A DNA stretch of 64,000 nt, from contig NW_027191410.1 of NCBI RefSeq assembly GCF_041146345.1, positions 744,001 through 808,000 of the forward strand. The letters run 5' to 3'. Source of the stretch: Neodothiora populina (lineage: Eukaryota). Under the pieces are notes generated by a model. That model saw nothing but the letters and a program-made list of their open reading frames with translations. It made no database searches and was not told the origin of the DNA. The position numbers and the translations under genes are program-made. This document shows, piece after piece, positions 12,988-24,303 of the stretch; position 1 is the first letter of the stretch, and every line of letters starts with the position of its first letter.

Positions 12988-13645
12988 GACTTATATTAAA
13001 TCGCTGGTCCGCTTGACTCTTTTGTACCTGTGCTCGGCCGACACACTACTGCTGCCAGTTGCAAGAAGAACCCTGCGATATTGTGCGACGAGTGAAGGGA
13101 TCGGTTGCGGGTATCGTCGTCGAGATTGATTTGTCTCTTATGCCAGCCGCATGGAGGCAATCCTTATAATTGACTGGGTCGGATCTGATTTCTGTCGCTT
13201 GTCGCTGGGTGGTCTAGACGCGTGCTGCGGAACAATAGTCGATAACAATTGACACAACAAGCACATTAGACTTAATTAAGGTGTTTCGGATGTGCAGCAG
13301 CTGCTTGAGTCAGCACGTTCAAGGGTAGCTTTCAAACCTGACTCAACCACTTGTACTGAGTACTTGTACGGAGACATCACTGCACGTGTCGCTGCTGCCA
13401 TGAAACACAGGCGGAGCGGAGGACATAGCTTGGCATTATTGCCTCGGTTCTTGTGGGGAAGGAACCCTGTGTACAAGTATTGTGGTGTGTTCGATGGGTA
13501 AGCTCGCTATTTGTTTCCAACATCTCTGCTCTGATTCATCTTCTCGGCTCTTACCATCACGCATCCTTTGACGTGTGGCGTAGTGGATTGCAGGAGTGCT
13601 ACTCAATCAATGCTTCACCTGTAAGACCCGTGAAGACACGGAAGA

Positions 13646-15503
13646 ATGGCCAACGCAATAGAGCAGCTGGACGCTAAGATAGCCGAATTACTGGCTTCGT
13701 GGAACGGCTACACCACCGTCATAGCTATCGTCCTCGCTGCCTTTGTCATCTATCCTCTGTTGGTGTGGGAGGAAGCCGACACTCATCCTCTTCTCCTTGC
13801 CCGTCAAGCTCAAACCTCTCCGGTCCGATATGCCGGCGAATCTGCTGTATACCGCTCCGCCGAGGTCCCCTATGGATATCCCCTCAGGACCGGCCTGAAT
13901 GTCCGCACAGCTGGTGCACCCAAGTGGACTGCTGGCAGAGATGGCGATTTCAGAGACATCTGGCGCGAGTTTGTCATGCCGACACATCCTGACCTCGAGG
14001 GTTCTCCCGCCAGCGCCATCATGACCATACACGGCTCTGAATCTGCTGTTGAGCATGGCCCAGCGCAAATCACAAAAGCCATTAATGTTATCGGCAAACT
14101 TCTGCAACAGACGCGGGCAACCAGGGTGGCTATCTACTTGCCAAACTCCGTCGAGTATCTTTCTGCCGTCTTCGGTACATTTGCATCACACAACCGTGCT
14201 CGATATCCGCGCTGACCATGTTGTCCTAGCCTGTGCCTTCTATGGTCTGTCTCCAATCCTCATTCCTTACAACCAGCCTCATGATGTGGTCCTTCAGTGG
14301 TTGAACGAGGCCGGTGCCGATGCCCTGATTGCCGGTGCTGGATCTCTGCCACTTCTGGAACTCAGCAAGAACGTACCTAAACTCAGCCAGCTCATCTGGG
14401 TTGTGGAGAAAAGTAGCAGACACATGGATTGGGACGGAACTCCTGAAAGTGCCGCTGGTAATCTGAGCGTCGCGGTGTGGCACGATCTTCTCGAGCAAGC
14501 CAACGGGACAGACAGTACAGATCTGCCTACCACTGATGAGCCCCTTGGTAGCGTCACCACATTTTGGCAAGAAGAGACAGGGGGTCCCGCTCGGCTTGTC
14601 GAGTTCACACAGAAGGTAACGATGAAGCTCTGCGCCAAAGTCCAGTCAGAGAGCTAACCCCTTTGGTATAGAATCTGATCTCCGCAATTGCTGCTATGAT
14701 CTCCGCCATACCAGCACGCCAAAGGCTAAATCCATCCGACCTAGTCTTGCCGGCGGACACTTTCAGTAGCACATACGTTCTATGTCAGACTATGGCAGCC
14801 CTATTTCAACACGCTTCGCTAGTCCTCAACTCTGTAGCTGGCCCAGGCGTTGATCTGGCCCTGGCTTCTCGTGGTGTCTCGCCTACCGTCATCATTGCTT
14901 CTTCCGAGACCCTTGCCAACTTACACAGCTCCGAGGTTTCTCAGATGTCCAGCGGATTGGGCAAGCTCGCTTACATGAGCCAGGTGCAGGCCATGAGGGC
15001 TGGGCGCATGCCTGGAAGCAGCCTCTTGTTCAGACCTTTTGCTCCGAAGGGCTATGCGATCGGTAACTCGCCTGGGAAATTGCGTCTGATTTTCGCATCG
15101 GCAAAGATCGGCGCAAAGTCGACAGCTCTTACTACAGCTACACTGAGCGACCTTCGTATAATCACGCGTTCGCGAATCTGCTACGCCCTGACTGCTCCAA
15201 CCGTAGCAGGTGCCATTTCGCAAACGAACCTATACGACTACCGAACCGATGGCAGATCAGACACGCACTTTGGTGCTCTTCTGAGCAGCGTCGAAGTGAA
15301 GTTGACGGACAAGGACGACCGCAACATCGAAGGTGGTGGCAGTCCCAAAGGCGAAGTGAGTGATGTTGTCCCCTTGATATGTGCTTGTTCTTTTCTAACA
15401 CGAGCCATAGATTGTTGTCATGGGTCCGGCTATATGTGGCGGTGAAACCAAGCTAGGTGTGCGCTGCAACTTCCGGCAGGACTGCACTCTGGGCTACGCA
15501 TAA
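13646..15503 (+). CDS. Membrane-anchored, degenerate long-chain acyl-CoA synthetase-like (AMP-binding fold) protein
   Basis: Four exons (introns ~14175-14229, 14615-14671, 15356-15410); N-terminal TM segment, DTHPLLLARQ, GESAVYRS, VAIYLPNSVEYL, SDLRI; ends CNFRQDCTLGYA*. Confidence 0.75.
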
Positions 15504-16269
15504 ATGGTCAAAGGGGATGTGGAAGTAGGCTGGGGGATGCGACAGTCGTCTTCGCCCAATTGGTTGATTTCACGACCTTGAAATTACTCGGTCGGACTGA
15601 AGAGGCGATGAGAGTGGGACATAGAGTATTACTTGGCTGTGAGGACAGGCTCTGTGAGAGAATCGACCGAGTCGAGCGCATTGACCAATTTCTATATCAT
15701 GCATCTCATCGACGATTCTGGCAGGAGGACAAGAGGGCGACTGGATTTCCACCCAGCGTTCATACGAAAAGCACAACGATAGAGCAGCGAGCAAAATGTC
15801 CAGTTTTAGATTGTTCACATGACAGCCCGTATGGTTCATCCTTGTATTTGTACAGTACAAGAAACACAATAAGTTTTGTAGAGGGTTCGATTACCGTTCT
15901 GGGCGAAAGGTGGGCGGCGGGGTGAATAACAAAAGTGACGTTTCGTCGCCGACTGCTCCACATCCGACTCTCGGGAGACGCACAGGCGATTGCGTCGTGC
16001 AAATTCTACCATAAAGCTACCCATCTTCGACCACAATTCTATAACTTGGTCTAAGTAGGTGGTAACCATCTGTTTTCGGCATTTTCCCTCGATCCTGCAG
16101 TCCAGCAAGATCCTGGAAGTATCTCTCCGTCGCGTTCGCTGCGAAAAAGCGTCCTAATTTGAAGAAGAAGAAAAACTTCTAGGACGTCAGAAAATCAATC
16201 GAATGAAACGTTGGGCAATAATTATTTGTCCATAAAAACACGAAAAACACACTCTTGTTACTTCTTTCC

Positions 16270-16474
16270 ATGCGTCGAGAAGACCTAGTACGATTTCTGT
16301 CCAAGCCTGCCAAGTACGCAATTTATCTGTCAAAAATCATTTGTACCTCACCGATCTTCACCGTTGTTTTCTCCCGGAGTCTTGACTTTTTATTCTTCGT
16401 CCTCATCCTACTTGACCAACCTCGGATCGGTCCACTCATCCATGTCGCTGACATTTCCTGACAGACCTAGATAA
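16270..16474 (+). promoter_or_regulatory. Putative spliced uORF in the SPE2 leader (MRREDLVRFLSKPAKPR*)
   Basis: ATG 16270; putative intron 16314-16464 (GTACGC ... GCTGAC ... GACAG); stop TAA 16472-16474; no further ATG before the SPE2 start at 16793. Confidence 0.5.
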
Positions 16475-16532
16475 CACCCCCTTGATTCGCAACAATCTAC
16501 AAACAGACATCAGCTCAGCATAAAACTCACAG

Positions 16533-16585
16533 GGTAGACACACCTCGTCTGCTAGACCCGGTACTTCCCAAGGGTATCGGTATCT
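16533..16585 (+). ncRNA. Candidate structured cis-regulatory RNA (tandem hairpins) in the SPE2 5' leader
   Basis: GGUAGAC(16533-39)/GUCUGCU(16547-53) and CCGGUACUU(16558-66)/GGGUAUCGG(16572-80) with an AGA/UCU extension; several G-U pairs. Confidence 0.5.
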
Positions 16586-16792
16586 GACAGGGCGAGCACT
16601 GCGTCACATCTTAACGTCAACATTCCGCGAAGGAAGTCATCATTCATCCCCTTGTCCGCGAGACCCCCATAACGGCCTCTCGGTCATTACCTCTAGATTC
16701 GCCATTGTTGCTGGCGAAAGCCAGCCTCCACAAAAGTTCTCCTCTGCCCATATTCCTATCCCACCTGAGCCCAATCCACTACAAAGCCAAAG

Positions 16793-18382
16793 ATGGTCGA
16801 CATTGAAGTACCCGCCCATGTGACTGGTTCGCCAGGTTCTTTCACCGGAACGCCCCACCTGACCATCAATCGCGAGGCCACCATCGATCTTGACTCCAGC
16901 AATGCCTTCGAGGGACCCGAGAAGCTGCTCGAGGTGTGGTTCAGCCCCTCGGCCACCACGCTTCCTCCTTCCGCCCAGCCAGCGGGTCTCAAAGCCGTGC
17001 CAGCAGACACATGGAAAGAGATGCTAGACTTGGTCAACTGCAAAGTTTTGTCAGTGGTGGAATCCGAGCAGCTTGACGCCTACCTGCTCTCCGAATCCAG
17101 CATGTTCGTCTTTCCCCACAAGCTTGTCCTCAAGACCTGCGGCACAACCACTCTGCTCTACGGTCTCCCTCGCATGCTTGAGATTGCCGCGCTCGAGGCA
17201 GGTTTCCCTCACGTCAAGGCCGACCTGCAGGCCGCAGTGCCTGCTGCTGCCACTCCACACCGAGTCTTTTACAGCCGCAAGAACTTCCTGTACCCCGATC
17301 AGCAGCGGGGACCTCACCGCAGCTGGCGCGACGAAGTCAAGTTCCTCGACAAGATGTTCCTGAACGGCAGCGCTTATATGATAGGGAAAATGAACGGAGA
17401 GCACTGGTATCTTTACATCACAGGACCCAACACCCAGCTTACTCCTCCCGCTACCCCGGACGGAGAGAAACTCGACCCTAACGAGACTGTCACGAAGATC
17501 ATGGATCTTCCTGAGGGTATGACGGCGGCACAGTATGACGCTGCCCAGGACGAGACCTTGGAGATCCTCATGACCGATCTCGAGGAGAGCAATGCTCGAC
17601 AATTCTACCTCGAGGACGCCAGCGCAATCGCCGAGAAGGACTACTTGCGCCGGGCACATGAAGCTCGCAAGGATGCGATCGACCACCTCGGCGTCATCCC
17701 AGAACTCAACGGTTCTACTTCCAGCATGTCGGACCGTACTTTGGTCGATGAACGTTCTTCCGACCAGAGCGCGTCGTTCGACGTCTTCGCCCAGACTTCG
17801 TCCGATCACTCTGACCTGAGCTCCGAGGAAGAGGAAGAGAAGTTGACATTCCCAGAAGAGTTGACCACCGAAGGCCACACTCTGGGCACTGTCGTTTCTG
17901 ACGCCTGTGGTCTCTCGGACGTTTATCCTGTGTCCAAGTACCCCGACGCTCGCATCGACTCCTACCTCTTCACTCCCTGCGGCTTCTCTGCCAACGGTGT
18001 CGTTCCTTCGGCTGGAGACAATGCATCTGATGGACACTATTTCACCGTTCACGTGACTCCTGAGCCCCAGTGTTCCTACGCAAGTTTCGAGACAAACGTA
18101 CCTGCTCGGCAGACGGGCCGTGAGACGAGTGACATTGTTGCTCAGGTGGTGCAGATCTTCAAGCCTGGTCGCTTCAGCGTCACCCTGTTCGAGGCTAAGA
18201 ATGAGGACGACTGTTTCGCCAAGGCCAAGGCAAAGAAGGACAAGAGCATGGACAGCATTGCCGGCTACAGGCGTGTAGACCGCATTGTCCATGATCTGGA
18301 GGGCTACGAACTCGTCTTCCGATACTACGAGCGTAACGATTGGAAGGGGGGTGCTCCTAGGCTTGGAGAAATTATGTTTTGA
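16793..18382 (+). CDS. SPE2: S-adenosylmethionine decarboxylase proenzyme
   Basis: FEGPEKLLEVWF, YLLSE|SSMFV autocleavage site, LKTCGTT, FTPCGFSANG, YFTVHVTPE, SYASFETN; single exon, 529 aa. Confidence 0.98.
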   Translation: MVDIEVPAHVTGSPGSFTGTPHLTINREATIDLDSSNAFEGPEKLLEVWFSPSATTLPPSAQPAGLKAVPADTWKEMLDLVNCKVLSVVESEQLDAYLLSESSMFVFPHKLVLKTCGTTTLLYGLPRMLEIAALEAGFPHVKADLQAAVPAAATPHRVFYSRKNFLYPDQQRGPHRSWRDEVKFLDKMFLNGSAYMIGKMNGEHWYLYITGPNTQLTPPATPDGEKLDPNETVTKIMDLPEGMTAAQYDAAQDETLEILMTDLEESNARQFYLEDASAIAEKDYLRRAHEARKDAIDHLGVIPELNGSTSSMSDRTLVDERSSDQSASFDVFAQTSSDHSDLSSEEEEEKLTFPEELTTEGHTLGTVVSDACGLSDVYPVSKYPDARIDSYLFTPCGFSANGVVPSAGDNASDGHYFTVHVTPEPQCSYASFETNVPARQTGRETSDIVAQVVQIFKPGRFSVTLFEAKNEDDCFAKAKAKKDKSMDSIAGYRRVDRIVHDLEGYELVFRYYERNDWKGGAPRLGEIMF

Positions 18383-18562
18383 GGTTTTGCTTGTGTGTTC
18401 TTGGTGTCGACGTCTTCGACAGTCATGGGTATCGTTGGTCTTTGCAGCAGTCAACAATGAGGAGGGGGTGTCGTCGTTCGTCGCTTCATCCATTATTTAT
18501 AGTCATTCCGCAGCATAATTCATTGGTTTCAAACACGCCTCTACTTGTTTTCTACCTCACGC

Positions 18563-19510
18563 CTATCCATCCTGCAAGACCTTTCTCGTCTCGCCCTCAT
18601 GTGCCCACATCAGCGCCCCCTGTTTGCCCGAATCGACGTTCAAGACCTGCCCATGCACATTCGACGACCATCGCTCACTAGCAAGAAACAGCACACTCCT
18701 CGCCACAGCCTGCACAGGAACCGGCTGCCTCAGCGCCGTCGTAGCCTCACACTCAGCCCACCACTCCATCGTCCCCTGTCCCCCCGTCTCCTCGTGAAAC
18801 CGCGGCGTATCCACCGGCCCCGGCGCAACAGCATTGACTCTAGCCCTGGCACAGATCCGCGGTGCATCAGCCCTCAGACTCTGCAGCAGACCATACTGCA
18901 CGGCGGATTTACTCGCCGCGTACGCCGCCTGCGTGCGCACGCCGAAATGCCCCGCTTCGGAGCCCACAAGGATCAGGCACGGGTTCTTGAGCTCTGCATC
19001 TGCATCATCTGCATCTGCATCTTCGGCTCGTCGTCGTCGTCGAGTGCGCGAGTCGTCGACGTGCTCTCGGATCCCCCGCAGCCACATCTGCGCTGTCGCG
19101 AACGTGCCCCCGATGTTAGTCGCCAGCACGCGCGCGATCGTCTCGGCGTCTGCGTCGGCTAAGGAGTCCGTCTGAGGCAGCACGGAGAGGTCGAGGCTCG
19201 CGAGCGCGACGCAGGTTTCTACAGTTCCGAAATGGGCTGTTGCGTGTTGCCAGGCGGAAGCCAGAGAGGTGGCGGATGTGATGTCGCAGTGGAGTTCTTG
19301 GAGGTTTGATGATGGGGGGTCGGCTTTGGTCTCTGATGTTGGGGAGGGAGAGATTTGGTTAGGATAGCTTATGTCCATGCTGGTTACTTTTGCTCCCGCT
19401 CGGAGAAAGGCCGTCACTACCACGCTGCCGATGAGGCCTGCGCCGCCTGTCACGACTACATGGGTGTTTTCGAGCCCGAGTCCGAGGTCGAAGTTGGAGG
19501 AGTCTGCCAT
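18563..19510 (-). CDS. Classical short-chain dehydrogenase/reductase
   Basis: ATG 19510; VTGGAGLIG, YAASK (YxxxK), RVNAVAPGPVDT, GQVLNVDSG. Confidence 0.9.
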   Translation of the reverse strand: MADSSNFDLGLGLENTHVVVTGGAGLIGSVVVTAFLRAGAKVTSMDISYPNQISPSPTSETKADPPSSNLQELHCDITSATSLASAWQHATAHFGTVETCVALASLDLSVLPQTDSLADADAETIARVLATNIGGTFATAQMWLRGIREHVDDSRTRRRRRAEDADADDADAELKNPCLILVGSEAGHFGVRTQAAYAASKSAVQYGLLQSLRADAPRICARARVNAVAPGPVDTPRFHEETGGQGTMEWWAECEATTALRQPVPVQAVARSVLFLASERWSSNVHGQVLNVDSGKQGALMWAHEGETRKVLQDG

Positions 19511-19763
19511 TCGGCTTGTTTTTACTTCTTGTTTAATTTTTATTTCCCGGAGATAGTGTTTATTGTAGCTCGATATATGATTTAGGGTTATGTTGTGGCA
19601 GTTGACGGGTGATGAAAGTAGAGTGACTAAGGTAGAGATATGTAAGGTATAAGGCACGGGACGAGTGATATGACGACCGACCACCCTTGGCGACGCACGC
19701 CATACAAGGATTCAATCGCACCACAGAACAATATGAACATTTACGAATTGCGCCGTCATACAA

Positions 19764-21543
19764 CTACAACTTGGACGGAATACTGGTAATGTCTACGACC
19801 TGGGCATCTTTTGCGGCCCACTCGCGCATTATCTTGCGCTGGATCTTACCGCTGGCAGACTTCGGAACTTCATCGATAAAAGCAACTCCTCCGGTCAGCT
19901 TCTTGTGCTTTGCCACCCTGTCGGCCATCCATTTGACGATGCCCTGCTCCTTGCTTTTGCCTTTGTAGTCCTGCTTCAACACAATATAGGCGCGAGGTAA
20001 TTCTTCGTGATCTCTGTGCAATGCCACAACTGCAACATCTGCCACAGCATCATGACCCAGCAGCACCGCTTCAAGTTCTGCAGGGGCGACTTGGAAGCCC
20101 TTCACTTTGATGAGCTCTTTCTTGCGATCCACTATCCAGTACCATCCTTTTGCGTCGCAAATGGCGACATCGCCAGTCTTCATGAAGCCGTCACCATCGA
20201 AGACCGCCTTCGTTGCGTTCTCATTCTTCCAGTAGCCCAGACACACGTTCGGGCCCTTTACGAAGATCTCTCCTCTTTCACCAGGCTTGGTGACCTCTTT
20301 GCCGTCATCGTCGATCAATTTCATCTCCGAGTTCGGATCGATGAAGCCCACACTTCCACTTCGGTCATCTAGTCCACCTGGGACGTGGAGGCAGGAGCAA
20401 GTCACCTCGGTCATGCCCCAAGTTTGCACGACCTTCAGTCTAAATCTATCGCTGACGGAATTCTGTAGTTCCTTTGAGAGTGGTGCAGCTCCACAGAGAA
20501 TGTTGACCAAACTGCCAAGATCATATCTAGACGTTTCCGGTCTCTTGTCCAGCATGACCAAAACTGGTGGTGCAGTCTGGATATGTGTAATCTTGTGGTC
20601 CTGGATATGCTTCAGGAAGGGCTCGAAACTGAAGGCTCGCATATAGTAGCATGGCGTTGAATTAATTGCAGCTGCCGTGATGGACCATAGTTGACCGTAA
20701 GCATGATATAGAGGAAGGAAACCAAGCCAACGTTCAGGAGGGGCTTTGTTCGTTGGATGCGACTGTTCCAGCTGTCTCATATACAGCGATTGGCAGACGT
20801 TTGCGATCACGTTCTCATGGGATATCATGACACCCTTCGGAAGACCAGTGGTACTAGGATAAAAGTTCAAGACCATCCCTTTGTATCCGAACAGCGGGCT
20901 ACTTACCCTGAAGAATAATTGAGAACCGCTATCCGTGACTTTGATTCTTGCGGTGTCATTCGATGCCACTGCCAGGCCTCAGCTTCATCCTGAGACGCTA
21001 TGAAAGAGTGCCAATCAGGGACACCTCGCTTTTCCTGGCATGTCTCGTCCGAGAAGAGAAAGATACGAGACCGAGGAAACCGAATCTGATCGACAGCCTT
21101 CAATACGGTGTCGAGAAGAGAGGGATCCACCAGAATAAGTCTAGCACCAGTGTTCGTTATCTGGAAAGCAATCTCTGTCAAAACATCAGCGTCCAATCCA
21201 GTCGCGAGGACCATCTGTTTCAATGCGTACCATCAGGTCCATAAGCGGGATTGCATCCGCTGAACACTCGACCGCTGCCAGTGACACCCAAATAGGCTAC
21301 GGGGACGAAGATGTGGTTGGCGGAGTGCATCAGAACCACATCATTCTGTCCGATGTCAAGGTTGTCCAATCCAACACCTAATCGCTTCACCCATTGCAAC
21401 AACTCCTTCGGAGATAGTGACTTATGTGGAGAAGCGGCATCGATCCATATCGGCTTGTCAGAAGGTTCTTGATGCTCAGGAAACACAAAAGATAGGATAT
21501 CAGTGCCAGGTATGTCAATCGTGAAAGGCGACTTTTGGGGCAT
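19764..21543 (-). CDS. 4-coumarate-CoA ligase-like acyl-CoA ligase, peroxisomal (SKL)
   Basis: Three exons; spliced NYSSGTTGLPKGV, FLPLYHAYG, QTWGMTE, GEIFVKGPN, KTGDVA, IVDRKKELIKVKG, PKSASGKI; ends PSKL*. Confidence 0.93.
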
Positions 21544-22257
21544 CTCGAGGTCTGTCCAGAGATGGAATGGTAGGAAAGACCGAACATGATGGGAGGGGCA
21601 AGGTCAAGGTTATGTCTTGAGGTCAGACTCGACAGCGCAGACGTGGTAAGAGGGAAATAGTCCTATGAACGAGGTACATTAATTGACCTACCATAAGTCT
21701 ATCCATCCTATAACTACGGTAGCACCCCGCGTTGACCTACATCATACTTATTGCTTCATCTTCCGTTACCCCGCATGATTACTATCAGGTCTTCTCCATT
21801 TGCTCGTCCGAGGTTATGACCGACCTCTGAAAGAAAAATGTTTGAGCTCTGTTTGAACAGTGTGAGCATGCACTGAGGATGTACGGCACCGTCCTTGAGG
21901 CAGTAGTGTGGACCACAATTTGCGTACCTCAAGTGACAAAACTGTGTTCTTCACAGCGGTACTCTATGGCTTCATATTGACGACCTCAATGTTATGTGCT
22001 GCAAAAGGTGATCGCAGGACCATGCTCCTGTTCTTCTCAACGTGTTGCTTATTGTCGCTGCTGTCGGTTTTTGTCTGTCCGATGAGAGTCGAAGGTCCTT
22101 AAGCGCCAAGCAACCTTGTTAAATCGTCATGGATGTGGGGTGAGACAGCCCATCTTCAACCTGTATATTGTCGGATATTCGTTGTCATTTCATACTATTA
22201 ATCGCATTCCATCATATGCGACCTCAGAATAAGCCAAGGTACTATGCCGGTCTTATC

Positions 22258-22899
22258 ATGAAACGATATAACTCGTGCCTCTCCAGCTGGGCATCCAGCA
22301 GTCTACGGAAGACCCACGATCGGCCTTTCTGGTGTTTTAAGCGAGGCAACCATACTGCACCCACTCAAACATCTTCAAGAGTGTCACGCATCGAGTCCCG
22401 CTTGCCTCGTTTCTTGCAACGATACGTACGACCTCTCCGGAATGCGCCAATCTCTCACATCACGGCGTTCCTGATACTGCACGAATTAACAGCTATTGTA
22501 CCACTATTTGGCCTAGCTGGAGTTTTCCACTATACCGACTGGTTACCTCCTTATATCAGCGAAGGGGCATGGGTGAAGCAGGGCACCGAGAAGTTTGGCA
22601 GGTATCTGCGAAGGAAGGGCTGGCTTGGAGACGAGGAAGGTGGTGGAGTCAAGTGGTGGGGCAGAGGTGAAGGTGGCGTCCAAGTGGTGATTGAGTTGGC
22701 TACCGCTTATGCAATCACCAAGGCTCTTCTGCCATTGAGACTTATGTTGAGCATATGGGCCACCCCCTGGTTTGCACGCGTTACAACTCTACGGTTTGGC
22801 AGAGCCGTGAGCTCCATGTTCGGGAAAAGTGGCAAAACAAAATCGCCGCTCGCTGCTGGGACTGGCGCTACTGGGGGAGGCGTGATTACCAAGAAGTAA
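22258..22899 (+). CDS. MRX11: FLILHELTA-family mitochondrial protein
   Basis: Contains the family-naming motif AFLILHELTAIVPL and ATAYAITKALLPLRL; the start could also be ATG 22216. Confidence 0.85.
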   Translation: MKRYNSCLSSWASSSLRKTHDRPFWCFKRGNHTAPTQTSSRVSRIESRLPRFLQRYVRPLRNAPISHITAFLILHELTAIVPLFGLAGVFHYTDWLPPYISEGAWVKQGTEKFGRYLRRKGWLGDEEGGGVKWWGRGEGGVQVVIELATAYAITKALLPLRLMLSIWATPWFARVTTLRFGRAVSSMFGKSGKTKSPLAAGTGATGGGVITKK

Positions 22900-23376
22900 T
22901 TCGTTGCTACTTCTATGCTGGTCCAAGGAGTTAAGAGAGAAATATCCTTCTGTGACATTCTAATTGTCCAAAAGGACGACGACGCAGTATAAATTGTTGT
23001 ACAGCAAACCACGAAATTAGTTGTAAAGAGGAGATTTCAAGCGCATGCAAAGTAATGTACAGTACAGTACCATTCAAGGATACCGTGATACAGTAATTAC
23101 CACGAATAGCAAGGTACCGTTATCGGTCAGCCTTGGTGAGACTAGGCTTGACACGGAAGTTTGCTCGGTTTGTCCCGCATTTTGTGACGATATCAGGCAA
23201 AGGCGAGTGACCTCGAGTTGCGGAGATACTCCGTTTATTGGTAAACCATTGGTAAGCATAGAGAAAACATTAGTATAAGCCCAAGAAACACGCCGAGATA
23301 GGACAAGAGTGCAAATATCATCGCTCCTTCCTCACTCGCTGGTATCACGACGCTCTGAAATCAGGACTATCCGACC

Positions 23377-24303
23377 ATGTCGCTTGCAAATATCAAGGAG
23401 ATCATCCTGGTCCTTTCGGGCAAGGGTGGCGTAGGAAAATCGAGTGTCACTACTCAGCTAGCGCTTTCTCTTGCTCTAGAAGGGCAGTCTGTGGGCGTTC
23501 TGGACATAGATTTGACAGGCCCGTCAATGCCGCGATTCTTCGGTATCGAAGCGTCCAAGGTCAAACAAGCACCTGGAGGATGGCTACCAGTGCCTGTTCA
23601 TGAGTCTCGCACCGCACCTTCCGAGGCATCTTCTGGCACATCATCAAAGATAGGAGCACTATATTGCATGTCACTCGGATTTCTGCTCGGTAGTAGAAGT
23701 GATGCAGTGGTGTGGCGAGGTCCGAAGAAGACAGCAATGGTGCGGCAATTTCTGTCGGATGTGCAATGGGGCGCACTCGATTACCTTTTGATAGACACAC
23801 CCCCAGGTACTTCTGACGAGCACATTTCCCTAGTGGAGACCCTGCTTAAGACCACCATACCTGGCCAGGTCTCGGGAGCCGTAATTGTAACCACGCCACA
23901 GGCCATCAGTGTTTCAGACGTCAGGAAGGAGATCAACTTCTGTAAGAAAACCGGCATCAAGATACTAGGAGTAGTTGAGAACATGGCAGGATTCGTGTGC
24001 CCGCATTGTGCTGAATGCACGAATGTGTTCTCCAAGGGAGGTGGCCAGATCATGGCGCAGGACTTCGATGTGCCTTTTCTCGGCAGCGTTCCAATTGACC
24101 CTGCGTTTGTTGCGCTCATTGAAGAGGGAACCAGACCGACGTATCCAATCGGTACCTTGATCGGCGGAGAGAACATGGCCAAAGCCACCGAAGCACCAGC
24201 AGCCGAGGACGATGGCTCCCTTGTCGAGAAGTACCAGAGTTGTTCACTCTCCGTCATCTTTCGTGGAATCGTCCGACAACTCATAGCAGAAGCTACGGCA
24301 TGA
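23377..24303 (+). CDS. CFD1: Cytosolic Fe-S assembly P-loop NTPase Cfd1
   Basis: [39 protein letters not shown]; lacks the N-terminal 4-Cys extension of Nbp35. Confidence 0.94.
   Translation: MSLANIKEIILVLSGKGGVGKSSVTTQLALSLALEGQSVGVLDIDLTGPSMPRFFGIEASKVKQAPGGWLPVPVHESRTAPSEASSGTSSKIGALYCMSLGFLLGSRSDAVVWRGPKKTAMVRQFLSDVQWGALDYLLIDTPPGTSDEHISLVETLLKTTIPGQVSGAVIVTTPQAISVSDVRKEINFCKKTGIKILGVVENMAGFVCPHCAECTNVFSKGGGQIMAQDFDVPFLGSVPIDPAFVALIEEGTRPTYPIGTLIGGENMAKATEAPAAEDDGSLVEKYQSCSLSVIFRGIVRQLIAEATA

Noticed and set aside
17051..18493. 480-aa antisense ORF over SPE2
   Set aside because: Mirror of a strongly C-ending codon-biased gene; no recognisable protein features.
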